This document shows positions 31,449 through 42,027 of a stretch of DNA of 64,000 bases, piece by piece (the stretch's first letter is position 1; every line of letters starts with the position of its first letter). A model generated the notes under the pieces. That model did no database searches, was not told the origin of the DNA, and was given only the letters and a program-made list of their open reading frames with translations. The stretch spans positions 96,001 to 160,000 of the IMG/VR virus record IMGVR_UViG_3300037067_015585. The stretch is one strand, 5' to 3'. The translations under genes and the position numbers were made by a program. This stretch comes from a virus. Lineage: Duplodnaviria; Caudoviricetes.

Positions 31449-32093
31449 CTAAACAGGGTTTAACATCGTATCACCAACAATCTTAAATTCAACACCGCGA
31501 TTCTTGATTTCGCCGATTGCGGTATTCATTACTACACGTTGATTATCTGAAATACTTCCTGGTCTTCGAGTATTGTAGAAATAATGCCGCCCTGTGCTAT
31601 TGAAACAACAGCCATATAACACAATCTTAGAAGCACCCATAATGTATGCTAATTGTACAGCACAACAGCTTATTGTTCCGCCGAACATCAAATAATTCAT
31701 ATCTTTCTTTAATCTATCGGGTTTGAACCATCTATACATGAAAGTGATATGTGGCTCGACTGGTTTTGGTAATTCTATACTATTTTGTTTAGGTGTTGAA
31801 ACGGCTGCGCGTACTATGTGTGGAAACAATTCATCAGGATAAAGAATTCTATCTTGCGCAGCAGTTATTTTTGCTATTACTCTAATTTTAGAACAGTCGA
31901 TTCTAAACCAATCAAAAAGTGATGATCTAGAATCACCGCACATGAAATAGTCTAGTTTCTCGCCTAGCTTCGCAGCACCATTCACACCAATAGAAATATC
32001 ACATTTATTGTGTGTAAAATCGACTGCTGTTGGTCCCGATCCAACAATAGCAATTGCTGCGCCTTTGTGAACGTCATATAACGATTTTATCAT
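31449..32093 (-). CDS. DUF115/MAF-like (GT29/42-like fold) protein
   Basis: IVGSGPT, IGVNG, AVQLAYIMGASKIVLYGC, HYFY. Confidence 0.6.
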   Translation of the reverse strand: MIKSLYDVHKGAAIAIVGSGPTAVDFTHNKCDISIGVNGAAKLGEKLDYFMCGDSRSSLFDWFRIDCSKIRVIAKITAAQDRILYPDELFPHIVRAAVSTPKQNSIELPKPVEPHITFMYRWFKPDRLKKDMNYLMFGGTISCCAVQLAYIMGASKIVLYGCCFNSTGRHYFYNTRRPGSISDNQRVVMNTAIGEIKNRGVEFKIVGDTMLNPV

Positions 32094-33094
32094 AGTTTAT
32101 CTTGATAAATTCTTTTGCAATGTGTACTAATACGGCGTAATGAAGTTAATACTAAATCAACAATTCTATTCATATCGAATTGTTCTAAGGCGATCGTCCT
32201 AACCAAATTACGATCTATCCCCTGCGCAATATTTATTGCATCGATGAAATTTTTTAATACTGGTTCATCACGTTTTAACCCAGACGGAATACTATCGACC
32301 ATAAAACCAGTAATCCCATGTAGTACGTATGGTGCACCAGTTCGAACTCCAATAGTCGGACATCCAGCTAGAAGAATCTCTTGAAGTGCTTTTGGCCCGT
32401 GATCATCACTAGCTAGATAAGCACAAGCACGTGATTTACGAGCAGCATCATAAAGCTCTTCTCGTTTATATTTACCATATTTAATTCTTATATTTCTTGG
32501 AAACGCTTCTGCTAAATATTCTGGAAGTTGTGGATGATGGCCATTTTTATCATAAATAAGCAAATCGTACTTAACCGGTAGTGGTCCATGTGGACATGGG
32601 TTAATTGGATAAGGCCATATTACGACACTAGATTTATTCGCTGGTCCTCGACTTTTATAGATTAAATCGCGGTACCATTCGCTATGACAAAACATCATTT
32701 GGCAATTAGCGGCATCCAAAAGAGCGCATTCTTTTTTGTCGATCCTAGGTTCACCTGAATATATAAAGAGCGTATTCGGGCCTTGTATGAACGGTCTACC
32801 AGCTAGATCGCATTCTATTGCATAATCACAATCAGTCCAACACCAAAACCACGGTATTGTGCCGCTTTTAGATGGTTTTGATTTAATTGATAACCAACTG
32901 AGACCACCATCAATCATTTTTCGAAATTCTTTTTGAAGAGCATATATACCATTATTAGGACCGAAGCCATTTGGCGAATCTATTTGTCTAATTAATTCGA
33001 TCGGAATTACGTCTTTATCGTCAGCTGGTAATTCTATAGCATACGATCGATCTCCAATACCTTCGATCGATAGATTTTCGTGTTCTCTAGACAT
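32090..33094 (-). CDS. GT-B (GT4-like) glycosyltransferase
   Basis: HSEW, DHGPKALQEILLAGCPTI, HGITGF. Confidence 0.65.
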   Translation of the reverse strand: MSREHENLSIEGIGDRSYAIELPADDKDVIPIELIRQIDSPNGFGPNNGIYALQKEFRKMIDGGLSWLSIKSKPSKSGTIPWFWCWTDCDYAIECDLAGRPFIQGPNTLFIYSGEPRIDKKECALLDAANCQMMFCHSEWYRDLIYKSRGPANKSSVVIWPYPINPCPHGPLPVKYDLLIYDKNGHHPQLPEYLAEAFPRNIRIKYGKYKREELYDAARKSRACAYLASDDHGPKALQEILLAGCPTIGVRTGAPYVLHGITGFMVDSIPSGLKRDEPVLKNFIDAINIAQGIDRNLVRTIALEQFDMNRIVDLVLTSLRRISTHCKRIYQDKL

Positions 33095-33096
33095 TT

Positions 33097-33822
33097 CTAA
33101 GTACTAAAAATATTGAATATCTTCTCTGTTTCTTTGTCCATCTTTGGTGTTAATATGTCGATATGGCCTGGCTCCGTAATTGGAGTATCAGTATACCATA
33201 TTGTGTCGTCCGGATGAACACTACGAGCAGAACAATGATTTGCACGTGTACTTCCCCATCTCATAACAAAAGATGATGGACGTTTTGTATCTGGTCGCCC
33301 AGGATTAGATAATTGGCTTAACTTTTTTATTATTTCTTGATCATAATCACAACGTGTAGAAGTCCCCCAATATCCAATCTGCTCCGCAAAATCTTTGCGA
33401 ATAGCTATAGCCGCATGAAATCTGCCTATAGAAGGTTCCTGCACCAATTCTCCAGTATATAAGCTAAACACGTTCTTAGGATGTGACCAGCCACTTGATT
33501 TAAGTGCTTCTGCGTGTGCACTTAAATGCCATCGCAAATAAATGTCATCATCATCCCATGCACAATAGGCATCAGCACCCCATTCATTAGCACGCTCAAC
33601 TAAAAATGCGTATTTAGAAGTTAAACTTGGAAATTTTGATGTAGAATAAACATGCCAATTTTCACCGCTTTGCTCGGTGATCTGTTTGGCATCGTCTAAA
33701 ACTAAAAATCTTGACTTATCAGCCTGATAATCCTGTGCAAAAAAACACGCTAGCGCATTAGAGACTAATCGTGGGCGACCATATGTAGGACAAAGACAAG
33801 CTATTTTCATGGCTAATTCCAT
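33097..33822 (-). CDS. GT2 glycosyltransferase
   Basis: CLCPTYGR, QDY, VLDD, WDDDDIY. Confidence 0.8.
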   Translation of the reverse strand: MELAMKIACLCPTYGRPRLVSNALACFFAQDYQADKSRFLVLDDAKQITEQSGENWHVYSTSKFPSLTSKYAFLVERANEWGADAYCAWDDDDIYLRWHLSAHAEALKSSGWSHPKNVFSLYTGELVQEPSIGRFHAAIAIRKDFAEQIGYWGTSTRCDYDQEIIKKLSQLSNPGRPDTKRPSSFVMRWGSTRANHCSARSVHPDDTIWYTDTPITEPGHIDILTPKMDKETEKIFNIFST

Positions 33823-35453
33823 AATCCGAATGAAGGTGACATCTTTTTATCTCTTTCATTCTGAATACAACTTAATAAAGTGTAGCCCCATTGTTCGTTT
33901 GAATGCTCGATAACAAACCATTTAGAATTTTTGTTTATATATCGTTTAATAGCATCAAACATACCTGCGCCACCATCTTCGCCTATGTTGCCAAATGCAC
34001 CGGTAGAACGAATTAAAATATAATGGTGTACTCTATTAGCAAATCTTGATAGTTCTGCGTACAATCGGCTTGCATTATGAACAGTATGAAGTACTAACAT
34101 ATCGGTTCCATCAATATCTATAATATCTAATGAATCAGACACTATAGATCTATAATTAACATCTCTAACAGTTTGTTTCAATACTTGGTGAACTTGATCT
34201 GGTTCAGTGGTATAGATAGTAAGCACTTTCGGTTTACCAGATAATAACACCACATCCCACTCCTTACGCTTAACCATCGCAGTTATGCGATTGCATCTTG
34301 AAGCGATATCTCGGAAGTGATCCATATGTTTTTCCATATCACGCGGTTGTGATTTCGTCTGGTTATATATCTGCTCTAGTGTCTGGCCAACAACTGGTTG
34401 TGTATATTTATGCCCAATCGGGTCTGTTATTAAATAATCCCAATCCTTTTGGCTTATACCGTGTCCTTTCTTACCATTTTCATCAATAGACGACTCACAA
34501 AATTCTTGGTATATATCGTCTATTGATAAGTTCAATTCTTGATGGCCAACTACATAATTGCGAATTCTATCATAATATATGCATGGATATTTAACACCAT
34601 TTACTCGGTCAAAGCGATGCATCCAACCAAGGAATGGCAAGAGCAAACAGCGATGCCCAGCCTGTCGATACTTTATATGGATATAGCCTTCTTCGCCACC
34701 AAAACCATTAAAATTCTTGTTAAATCCAAGCCAAGCATCCTTATTACAACTAAATAAACCAAGTCCTTGTGCGGGAATCTCAAAAGGCGGATCGTCTCCA
34801 TCTCTTGCTAATATTTTAAATCCTGCGTCTAATAGTCGTTTGCTACATCCGGCATAATTAATATGCGGAAAAGGCGAACCGCATGTACAATTGTCGCCAA
34901 GTAAATCAAAACTTAAAAGATCATGGTATGCTGCTTTGCTCTTATTATCTTGGACTGTAAAATGTTGTCCGCATTTGCATGACCATGCTCCGCCCCATGT
35001 CCCCCACATACCATCGTTCCATACTAAATCAAAATGTGTATGGAAATTGTGCGTATCATCGCTTATGAGTGGACCAGTTAATAAATCTTTGTTGTTTGGA
35101 TTATGATCGTACCATTCTAGTAGTCTGTTGATTGCGTTAGGAACAAGCAAAACGTGACAGTCAACACACATAACGGCTTTACCAGCTGCTTCTCGAAACA
35201 CAAGATCTCTTGGGGCTGACGTGCCATGTGTATCATCATATTTAATATATCTCCCATTACTAACACTACTAGTTATAAAATCTTTAATAACATTGCGCTC
35301 TCTACCTTCTTCTTTCTTAATAATTGGCTTATTGTCTACGACAAGAAATTCTATATCTGGCGAATTATGGTAGAGCTGTAACGCTTGTATTGTGAAATAT
35401 ACACCATCGAAATCATCATAATGAGCCATACCTATAGTTAGTTTCTTCGTCAT
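33813..35453 (-). CDS. GT2 glycosyltransferase with degenerate methyltransferase-like C-domain
   Basis: VVDN, DCHV, GFGGEEGY, WMHRF; C-terminal TDMLVLHTVH...ELSRF segment. Confidence 0.7.
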   Translation of the reverse strand: MTKKLTIGMAHYDDFDGVYFTIQALQLYHNSPDIEFLVVDNKPIIKKEEGRERNVIKDFITSSVSNGRYIKYDDTHGTSAPRDLVFREAAGKAVMCVDCHVLLVPNAINRLLEWYDHNPNNKDLLTGPLISDDTHNFHTHFDLVWNDGMWGTWGGAWSCKCGQHFTVQDNKSKAAYHDLLSFDLLGDNCTCGSPFPHINYAGCSKRLLDAGFKILARDGDDPPFEIPAQGLGLFSCNKDAWLGFNKNFNGFGGEEGYIHIKYRQAGHRCLLLPFLGWMHRFDRVNGVKYPCIYYDRIRNYVVGHQELNLSIDDIYQEFCESSIDENGKKGHGISQKDWDYLITDPIGHKYTQPVVGQTLEQIYNQTKSQPRDMEKHMDHFRDIASRCNRITAMVKRKEWDVVLLSGKPKVLTIYTTEPDQVHQVLKQTVRDVNYRSIVSDSLDIIDIDGTDMLVLHTVHNASRLYAELSRFANRVHHYILIRSTGAFGNIGEDGGAGMFDAIKRYINKNSKWFVIEHSNEQWGYTLLSCIQNERDKKMSPSFGLWN

Positions 35454-35520
35454 AGTTTTATATACTCCATCTATCCGATCACGCTTTTGTTATGCAGTTT
35501 GATAACGCGATTAGAGACTA

Positions 35521-38500
35521 CTAAGGAATAGTCCACAAGCTTGGACCAATATATTCATAGCCATCAGCTTCCAATTCTGAGACAGCTTCTCGTAGAGACT
35601 GTCCAATGGTGTCACCTGCTGTAGTCACTCTAACTACCCAGTAATAAGTCCAGTGACCTGGGTTAGTACCACGCCATGCGTTGGCTGCAGCAAAAGTATC
35701 AAATGCTGCTACTTGGTCACAGAACTGATGAAATTGTCCATAATAATCTGTCCAATCATATAGCCGACAACCAACATATAATGTAGCGTATGGATCGACA
35801 AAAATCTTGAGTTTAGATAATAATGTTGAGTCGATGTACTCTAGCGACACCTCGTAAGTGATATTATATGTAATTCCAAGTAATTTAACTTGTCGTTCTG
35901 TATATTTCGATTTAACAATATGCGTCAGGCGTTCGTTTTGTTCATTCTCACCTTCTAAGTCAGCCGACTTACCAAAACCTTGTGCAAACGGACATCCGTC
36001 TAACCAATCAGCATTATGATAATAACCGGTCGCGATAGTTGATGCGATAGTATTGTCTACACTTGTTTTAACACACTCAACTTTATATACTGCTACTTCT
36101 ACCTTGGTTATGCAGAATGAAAATGAAACAGCTACACATTCATAATCTGGATAACTATTTGATATCCAGAAGCATAAGTAATCTCCACCAAGTGTTTCAA
36201 ATGTTACACTAGGACAAACTTCATTTTGCTCGGCTTGTGCTATTGACGTATATTTCGTGCGATCGGCCGGTAGATCACTTACTGTGTTCGATTTGTCGGC
36301 CGTACTCGAACCGGTCTGTACTCTGAAAATACCACCACCAGGAGCATATCGACCATATAATTTTGGACTACTAAATACTGTAATACCATCTACATATTGA
36401 ACCGTATACTTGCCACATGGGGCTGATGCACCAAGCTCGAATATAGCCGATCGATTATTAGCGGTATTGTTTGCTGCCAGATATGCAGTATAAGCAGCAT
36501 TCGTTGGTGTAGCCATCCATGCTTCATAGAGTGGTAAAAGCTCGCTTTGATCATCTTCAACGGTTAAATCATCTAAACAGTCGTCACATGGTGAAGGTGC
36601 GGCTGTGGTAGGTGCTGGTGTAGTCGGTTCTGGCGTAGTTTCTGGTGGATTTCCTTTTCGCCGTGTCGTTGGAAGTGTTGCAGGATATGATGGGAAAGGT
36701 GCTGGTGTTGTTGTAGTAGTTGTTGTGGTTGACGATCCAAGTGGCGGCAATGTAGTCGTTGTTGTAGATGGCGACGGTGTTGTCGGTGCTGGTGTAGTCG
36801 TTGTTGTAGTTGGTGCTCCGACACATGGTGATATTGTGTATCCCAAACAACAATTAACACCAGTAGTGTTTATAACCATCATAAACAATAGTGACACATC
36901 ACTTTGTCCAGAATATGTAAACGATATGTCTGATCCGATTGTTGAATGTTGTAAACCACCAATAACGCCGCTATCTGAACACTTTACTGACCATAATACA
37001 TTGCAAGTACTAGGATATCTGCATGTATATTTATTGATCAATTTAGCTTCATCGCAGATCGTATTAAATTTACTACTAAATGTGATAGTTACTTTAACAG
37101 TATCAGTTGTCGTTTTTGGTATGTTGACTGTCGTATCATAATACCGCACAGAACCATTCGCAACACAATCGAATGGAATGCATTTTTTAATAGTCAAATC
37201 TGGTGTCAGATCTATTTCTATACTAGTATCTAAATGGCTGGGACAATCACACGGACAACATTGTCTAGCGCGTCCGCCGCCACCACCACCAGGCTCTGAT
37301 ACAACAATTGGCTCAACTACTAATACAGGGCAAGAACCAGTAACATCATTTACATTAGAACAGAAAAAGAAATCTTCTTGGCAACATCTCTGTCCGGGAT
37401 ATTGAGGTTCAATGATAGTCCATGGATATCGCGAATCAACATTTTTACTAGAATTAGCTTGTCTCCATTTTACGACAGATGATTGTGTATAACTCTCCCA
37501 GTCAAACTGATTGTATGTATGTTGTGTCCAGCACGCTCCAACTGGCGTCCATTCAGCAAATTGTAGCGTAGGTGCTGTCGTAGCAATTTTTGTATCCTCT
37601 TTATATTGATACCTCGTAATGTTTTTGCAAGTATTGATGGTAGCTTGGACAGCAGCAAACGATAAATCACTGATATTACTGATAGTACTAACGTTACTTA
37701 ACACGCAATTACGCAAAATGGCGAGTTTTGATACGCAGCTTTTTTTAAACAAAGTATCAGAGTAATAGTAAATATTCGACTTTAAACTGTTATATCGCAG
37801 TGAAATAATTGCCTTTGTAGCGGCAACAGTACTATCTATCAAATCGTTTTTTACTACCGTGAAAAATCCAGAACCATCTGGACCTTGCATACCGGTGCGA
37901 CCAATTTCACTGGCTTTGTAATACCATCTTCCAGACCAATTAGATATCAATACTCCCGATAATCTCGATGTTGCGCGATCATAATTCAAAAACGAATCGC
38001 TACTAATATCAAAATCTGCGTGTTCTATGGTATATTGGTCGCCATTAATTGATTGTAATATCGTAAGTGAGCTTTTATTAGAATTGCCCTTAAACAACCT
38101 AAATGATATTGGTGTACCTATTGTTGATAGTACTATAGCATCAACAATTAATGAAGTACTGTCAATTTTTGCAGCATATCTATGTTCATCGGCTCCTGCA
38201 GCCCCGTTAATCCCTGTCGCACCTTGCGGTCCCGTTATTCCTTGTGCGCCGGGGCACCTCAATTGTGCTAATAATGCTAATAGTCTCGATCTATTGACTT
38301 CTATCCTTAGGTCGCTTTCAGATTCAGGCTCGAATGTTATAGTGTGATTTGTTGATTGAAATAAGTAATAATATCCACTAGTGTGTGGATATATCTTGAG
38401 ATAATCAAAGTTTAAGCCGTTCTTTACTTGTGTTGTTATGGCATTTAAACGAGCAAAGACGGCCGGAGGCATCAAACCATCTGATGTCTCAGTAACAACA

Positions 38501-38634
38501 GGCACTGCATCGAACACGCCAATACGAGACCAGATATTCAATTTACTATTGTACTGCCATTTGCTGCCGTCACCATCTATCACAATGGTGCCATCTGCAA
38601 CATTCGTACCATCGGTTAGTAAATTATAAGCCAA
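35521..38634 (-). CDS. large Cys/Thr-rich putative virion protein with mucin-like linker
   Basis: TTG start after AAGGAG; short collagen segment, Cys clusters, TTTTTTPAPTTPSPSTTTTT stretch; paralog of 38736..40685. Confidence 0.7.
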   Translation of the reverse strand: MAYNLLTDGTNVADGTIVIDGDGSKWQYNSKLNIWSRIGVFDAVPVVTETSDGLMPPAVFARLNAITTQVKNGLNFDYLKIYPHTSGYYYLFQSTNHTITFEPESESDLRIEVNRSRLLALLAQLRCPGAQGITGPQGATGINGAAGADEHRYAAKIDSTSLIVDAIVLSTIGTPISFRLFKGNSNKSSLTILQSINGDQYTIEHADFDISSDSFLNYDRATSRLSGVLISNWSGRWYYKASEIGRTGMQGPDGSGFFTVVKNDLIDSTVAATKAIISLRYNSLKSNIYYYSDTLFKKSCVSKLAILRNCVLSNVSTISNISDLSFAAVQATINTCKNITRYQYKEDTKIATTAPTLQFAEWTPVGACWTQHTYNQFDWESYTQSSVVKWRQANSSKNVDSRYPWTIIEPQYPGQRCCQEDFFFCSNVNDVTGSCPVLVVEPIVVSEPGGGGGGRARQCCPCDCPSHLDTSIEIDLTPDLTIKKCIPFDCVANGSVRYYDTTVNIPKTTTDTVKVTITFSSKFNTICDEAKLINKYTCRYPSTCNVLWSVKCSDSGVIGGLQHSTIGSDISFTYSGQSDVSLLFMMVINTTGVNCCLGYTISPCVGAPTTTTTTPAPTTPSPSTTTTTLPPLGSSTTTTTTTTPAPFPSYPATLPTTRRKGNPPETTPEPTTPAPTTAAPSPCDDCLDDLTVEDDQSELLPLYEAWMATPTNAAYTAYLAANNTANNRSAIFELGASAPCGKYTVQYVDGITVFSSPKLYGRYAPGGGIFRVQTGSSTADKSNTVSDLPADRTKYTSIAQAEQNEVCPSVTFETLGGDYLCFWISNSYPDYECVAVSFSFCITKVEVAVYKVECVKTSVDNTIASTIATGYYHNADWLDGCPFAQGFGKSADLEGENEQNERLTHIVKSKYTERQVKLLGITYNITYEVSLEYIDSTLLSKLKIFVDPYATLYVGCRLYDWTDYYGQFHQFCDQVAAFDTFAAANAWRGTNPGHWTYYWVVRVTTAGDTIGQSLREAVSELEADGYEYIGPSLWTIP

Positions 38635-38735
38635 TACAAACTCCTTTAATTGCTGTCATATATTTGCAATGCAGTCGAAGTATTAGGTACGGTTTCGTTG
38701 TGATTATATTTCATACTATTCGCGTTGTATGAGCA

Positions 38736-40685
38736 CTATGGATATACTGGGAAAGGTGTAGTTGGTGGCAATGTGGTTGTTGTTGTAGTCGTTGTTGGCT
38801 TGGCTGTTGTCGTCGGCGCTGGTGTTGTGGTTGTGGTTGTGGTTGTGGTTGTGGTTGTTGTGGTCGTCAATGTGCTTCCGACACACGGCGATATTGTATA
38901 TCCAAGACAGCAATTGGCACCAGTATAATTTATTATCATTGCAAATGATAACGACACATCGCTTGGGCCGGAATATGTAAACGATATATCTGATCCGATT
39001 GTTGAATATATCTTGCCTCCCACTACGCCACTATCAGAACACGCCACTGACCATGATACCGGACAAACATCTGGGTAGTTGGGACACGAAGCGCTGCTGA
39101 TTGATTTAGCTTCATCACAAATTGTATTGAATTTACTACTAAATATAATAGCAACTGCAGCTAGGCCAGTAGCAGTTTGGGGGATATTAACTGTTGCATC
39201 GTAATGTTGTACTACTCCATTCACTACACAATCGAATGGGGTGCATTTTTTGATGGTTAAATCTGATGTCAGATCTATTTCAATGCTCGTATCTAAACGA
39301 CTTGGGCAATCACATGGGCAACATATATTATCGCCTGGGCTACCTTCGTTCGCCAATATGTTAATCGGTTCAACTACGAGTACTGGACAAGCCCCAGTAA
39401 CATCATTCACATTAGAACAGAAAAAGAAGTCTTCTTGGCAACACAACTGACCTGGATTTTGCGGTTCAATGATGTTCCAAGGATAGCTTGGGCTCGTAGC
39501 GGTGCTGTTATTTGCTTGCCGCCATGGTACCAGAGCACCAACATTGGTGAAATCAGTCCAAGAAAATTGCCCTTGTTCTAGATACCTTTGTCTTAAACAT
39601 GTACCGACTGGCGTCCATTCTGCAAAAGAAAGATCTGGTATATCGGAAGTTATGTTATTAATAACTGTAGATATGTCATATCTTGTGATATTTTTACAAC
39701 TATTGATAGTCTCTTGCAATGATGCAAAAGAGCTAGCACTAGATGCGACTGGAGTTGCAGAACATTTTTTACTTATAGCTAACTTCGATACACAATTAGT
39801 GCTAAATAAAGTATCTGTAAGATAATTAATTGTATTAGCGCTATCACCCTTCCTCAACAAAACAATAGCGTCGTCTGATGTTAAATTCGAATCATTAACT
39901 GTATCTGGTATGACTTTTATAAAATTGCTACCAGCCGATCCGATAACACCCTTCTTACCAATTTGCAAAGCCTTATAAAACCATGCTTTCGAACCCCATT
40001 GAGTGCTTGTTATATATCCAATAAGTTGTCCGTCAGAATACTCCAATAATGTTGCTGTTGAATCTATCGTGATTGAAGATTGTATGACCTCGAATGTCGA
40101 ACCAATTATCTTTATTATTATCGCAGGTACGATTGATGTGCCAGAAAAAATTCTAAGTAATATTGGAGTGCCCAATGAGTTATCTATGGTAGCATTTATT
40201 AATAATCGTGAGTCGGATATTGTAGCGGTATGTTTCAACTCGTTAGCACCTGCCGCCCCATTAATTCCAGTGGCACCTTGCGTACCTGTTATACCCTGCG
40301 GACCTGGACATCTCAATTGTGCTAATAATGCTAGTAGTCTCGGCCTGTTGACCTCAATTCTTAAATTGCTTTCAGACTCCGGTTCGAATGTGATAGTATG
40401 GTTGGTTGATTGAAATAAGTAATAATATCCACTGGTGTGGGGGTATATCTTGAGATAATCGAAATTCAGACCATTCTTTACTTGTGTTGTTATGGCGTTT
40501 AAACGAGTAAAAACGGCCGGAGGCATCAAGCCGTCTGATGTCTCAGTAACAACAGATGAACTCATTGTTTTGCCAACTCTAGACCATGAATTCACCTGCG
40601 CATCATATCGCCAAATCGTACCGTAGGTATCTAACACCTCCATACCATCTACTGCAGTTTTCGGAAGTCGTGAGATGTTAGACAT
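38736..40685 (-). CDS. Cys/Thr-rich putative virion protein, paralog of 35521..38634
   Basis: Near-identical blocks (VVTETSDGLMPPAVF...LLALLAQLRCPG; CCQEDFFFCSNVNDVTG); poly-Thr C-terminus partly encoded by (GTGGTT)n on the plus strand. Confidence 0.7.
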   Translation of the reverse strand: MSNISRLPKTAVDGMEVLDTYGTIWRYDAQVNSWSRVGKTMSSSVVTETSDGLMPPAVFTRLNAITTQVKNGLNFDYLKIYPHTSGYYYLFQSTNHTITFEPESESNLRIEVNRPRLLALLAQLRCPGPQGITGTQGATGINGAAGANELKHTATISDSRLLINATIDNSLGTPILLRIFSGTSIVPAIIIKIIGSTFEVIQSSITIDSTATLLEYSDGQLIGYITSTQWGSKAWFYKALQIGKKGVIGSAGSNFIKVIPDTVNDSNLTSDDAIVLLRKGDSANTINYLTDTLFSTNCVSKLAISKKCSATPVASSASSFASLQETINSCKNITRYDISTVINNITSDIPDLSFAEWTPVGTCLRQRYLEQGQFSWTDFTNVGALVPWRQANNSTATSPSYPWNIIEPQNPGQLCCQEDFFFCSNVNDVTGACPVLVVEPINILANEGSPGDNICCPCDCPSRLDTSIEIDLTSDLTIKKCTPFDCVVNGVVQHYDATVNIPQTATGLAAVAIIFSSKFNTICDEAKSISSASCPNYPDVCPVSWSVACSDSGVVGGKIYSTIGSDISFTYSGPSDVSLSFAMIINYTGANCCLGYTISPCVGSTLTTTTTTTTTTTTTTTPAPTTTAKPTTTTTTTTLPPTTPFPVYP

Positions 40686-40687
40686 AT

Positions 40688-40909
40688 TTAATCGTCAGAC
40701 GATATTGTATTCAGCAATTCACTTGGATCGTAGTCGATCAATGGAACAACTCGATCCACTCCACCATCACGCTCGGACTCTGCGGCACATCGTACACATA
40801 GAACTGTATCAGGAATGACCTTCAACCGCTCCTTTGGTATTTTTCGTCCGCACTGCTCGCAAACTACAGATATGTCTTGTTTGTCTTTTTCTGGTTGCTT
40901 ATCTTTCAT
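40688..40909 (-). CDS. TraR/DksA C4-type zinc-finger protein
   Basis: Start at 40909 after AAGGAG; CEQCGRKIPKERLKVIPDTVLCVRC. Confidence 0.8.
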   Translation of the reverse strand: MKDKQPEKDKQDISVVCEQCGRKIPKERLKVIPDTVLCVRCAAESERDGGVDRVVPLIDYDPSELLNTISSDD

Positions 40910-40997
40910 GTTGCTCCTTTTGGTGCGATAATAGTTGGCAAAATTAAAACTAAATACATTGGTACGGTACCTCTTGCAAGCATTCAAATTTAATTAT

Positions 40998-41636
40998 ATG
41001 GATATTTGCATTACCAGTTTTGAAAATAAATTATCTACTGTATTGTTGTTGAACGAGTCGATGACAAGGGGTGGAATAATACATACTATAAATAAGCAAC
41101 GTAGGCTAAAACATCTAGATCCAGTAATTCATAATAGTACTATAGATATAGCTGCAAGCATACAAGCTAAACAGATGGCACGTGTAAAGCAATTAGGACA
41201 TAATCTAAAGGGTGTGAAATATCCAAATCTTGGTGATAGAATGCGAGTTTCTGAGCATGCTTATTCTAGGGCTGGTGAAGTATTATATTCTGGATCAGAC
41301 GATTCTAATGCAGCAGTGCAAGCTTGGATGAATTCGCCGAAGCATCGTGCGGCAATATTACATCCAGATGTTAAAGAAATTGGTGCGTCGGTCCAATATT
41401 CGGACGATGGCACACCTTATGCTTGCGCTGTCGTGTGCATACCGCCGCAAGAACACCAAAAAAAGCGAGACTCAGACGAAGTAGTTGCCGATGTTGCTGA
41501 TCGAGTATGGCAACTTGCAAAAAAACACGGCAAAAGTATTGGAAAGAAAGCACTATCCAAGATTGCAAAATCAGATCGGATGAAAGATATTATTAATTCC
41601 CCAATAATTCAAAAAATTATAGCGGCGTTGAAATAG
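40998..41636 (+). CDS. CAP (SCP/YkwD-like) domain protein
   Basis: INKQR, LGH, AGEVL, AWMNSPKHRAAIL, EIGAS. Confidence 0.8.
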   Translation: MDICITSFENKLSTVLLLNESMTRGGIIHTINKQRRLKHLDPVIHNSTIDIAASIQAKQMARVKQLGHNLKGVKYPNLGDRMRVSEHAYSRAGEVLYSGSDDSNAAVQAWMNSPKHRAAILHPDVKEIGASVQYSDDGTPYACAVVCIPPQEHQKKRDSDEVVADVADRVWQLAKKHGKSIGKKALSKIAKSDRMKDIINSPIIQKIIAALK

Positions 41637-41643
41637 TGCAAGT

Positions 41644-42027
41644 TCAGTATGATGAAATCGCATCGCCGGGATCGATAAACTTCGCCATCTCTTCTGTCGT
41701 TGCATGTTTGTCGCAAAACAATTTATAAAGAAAACGACCTGGTTCATTCTTGGTCGATCCAGTCATTGTAGCTTGTTCATTACAACCTTCAACTTGGCAT
41801 TTTTCTTTTGGCCATTCTTGTGTTATTTTACTAAACTGAATGCCCTGTATTAGATATTCTCTCCAATGTTCTCTAGCTTCATCTGGTGTTGCATGTCCAG
41901 TGCAGCCTTCGGCACATAAGCCGACTGGCCACACAACATTATCATTCTTACAAGTGTAGTGAAATAAGCCTGATTGTTTACCGTCTTTCAAAAGCTCTCG
42001 TGGTTGGTAGTAATTCATTTTAATCAA
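41644..42027 (-). CDS. hypothetical Cys/His-rich protein
   Basis: CQVEGC...CDKH motif. Confidence 0.55.
   Translation of the reverse strand: MIKMNYYQPRELLKDGKQSGLFHYTCKNDNVVWPVGLCAEGCTGHATPDEAREHWREYLIQGIQFSKITQEWPKEKCQVEGCNEQATMTGSTKNEPGRFLYKLFCDKHATTEEMAKFIDPGDAISSY

Noticed and set aside
4681-37141. Plus-strand ORFs such as 4681..5289, 20633..21019, 22232..22519 and 36605..37141
   Set aside because: Antisense shadows of repetitive (KPAA, collagen, poly-Thr) minus-strand genes
35521-40685. Diversity-generating retroelement TR/VR pair
   Set aside because: No reverse transcriptase in the window; differences between the paralogs are not adenine-specific and both copies are coding
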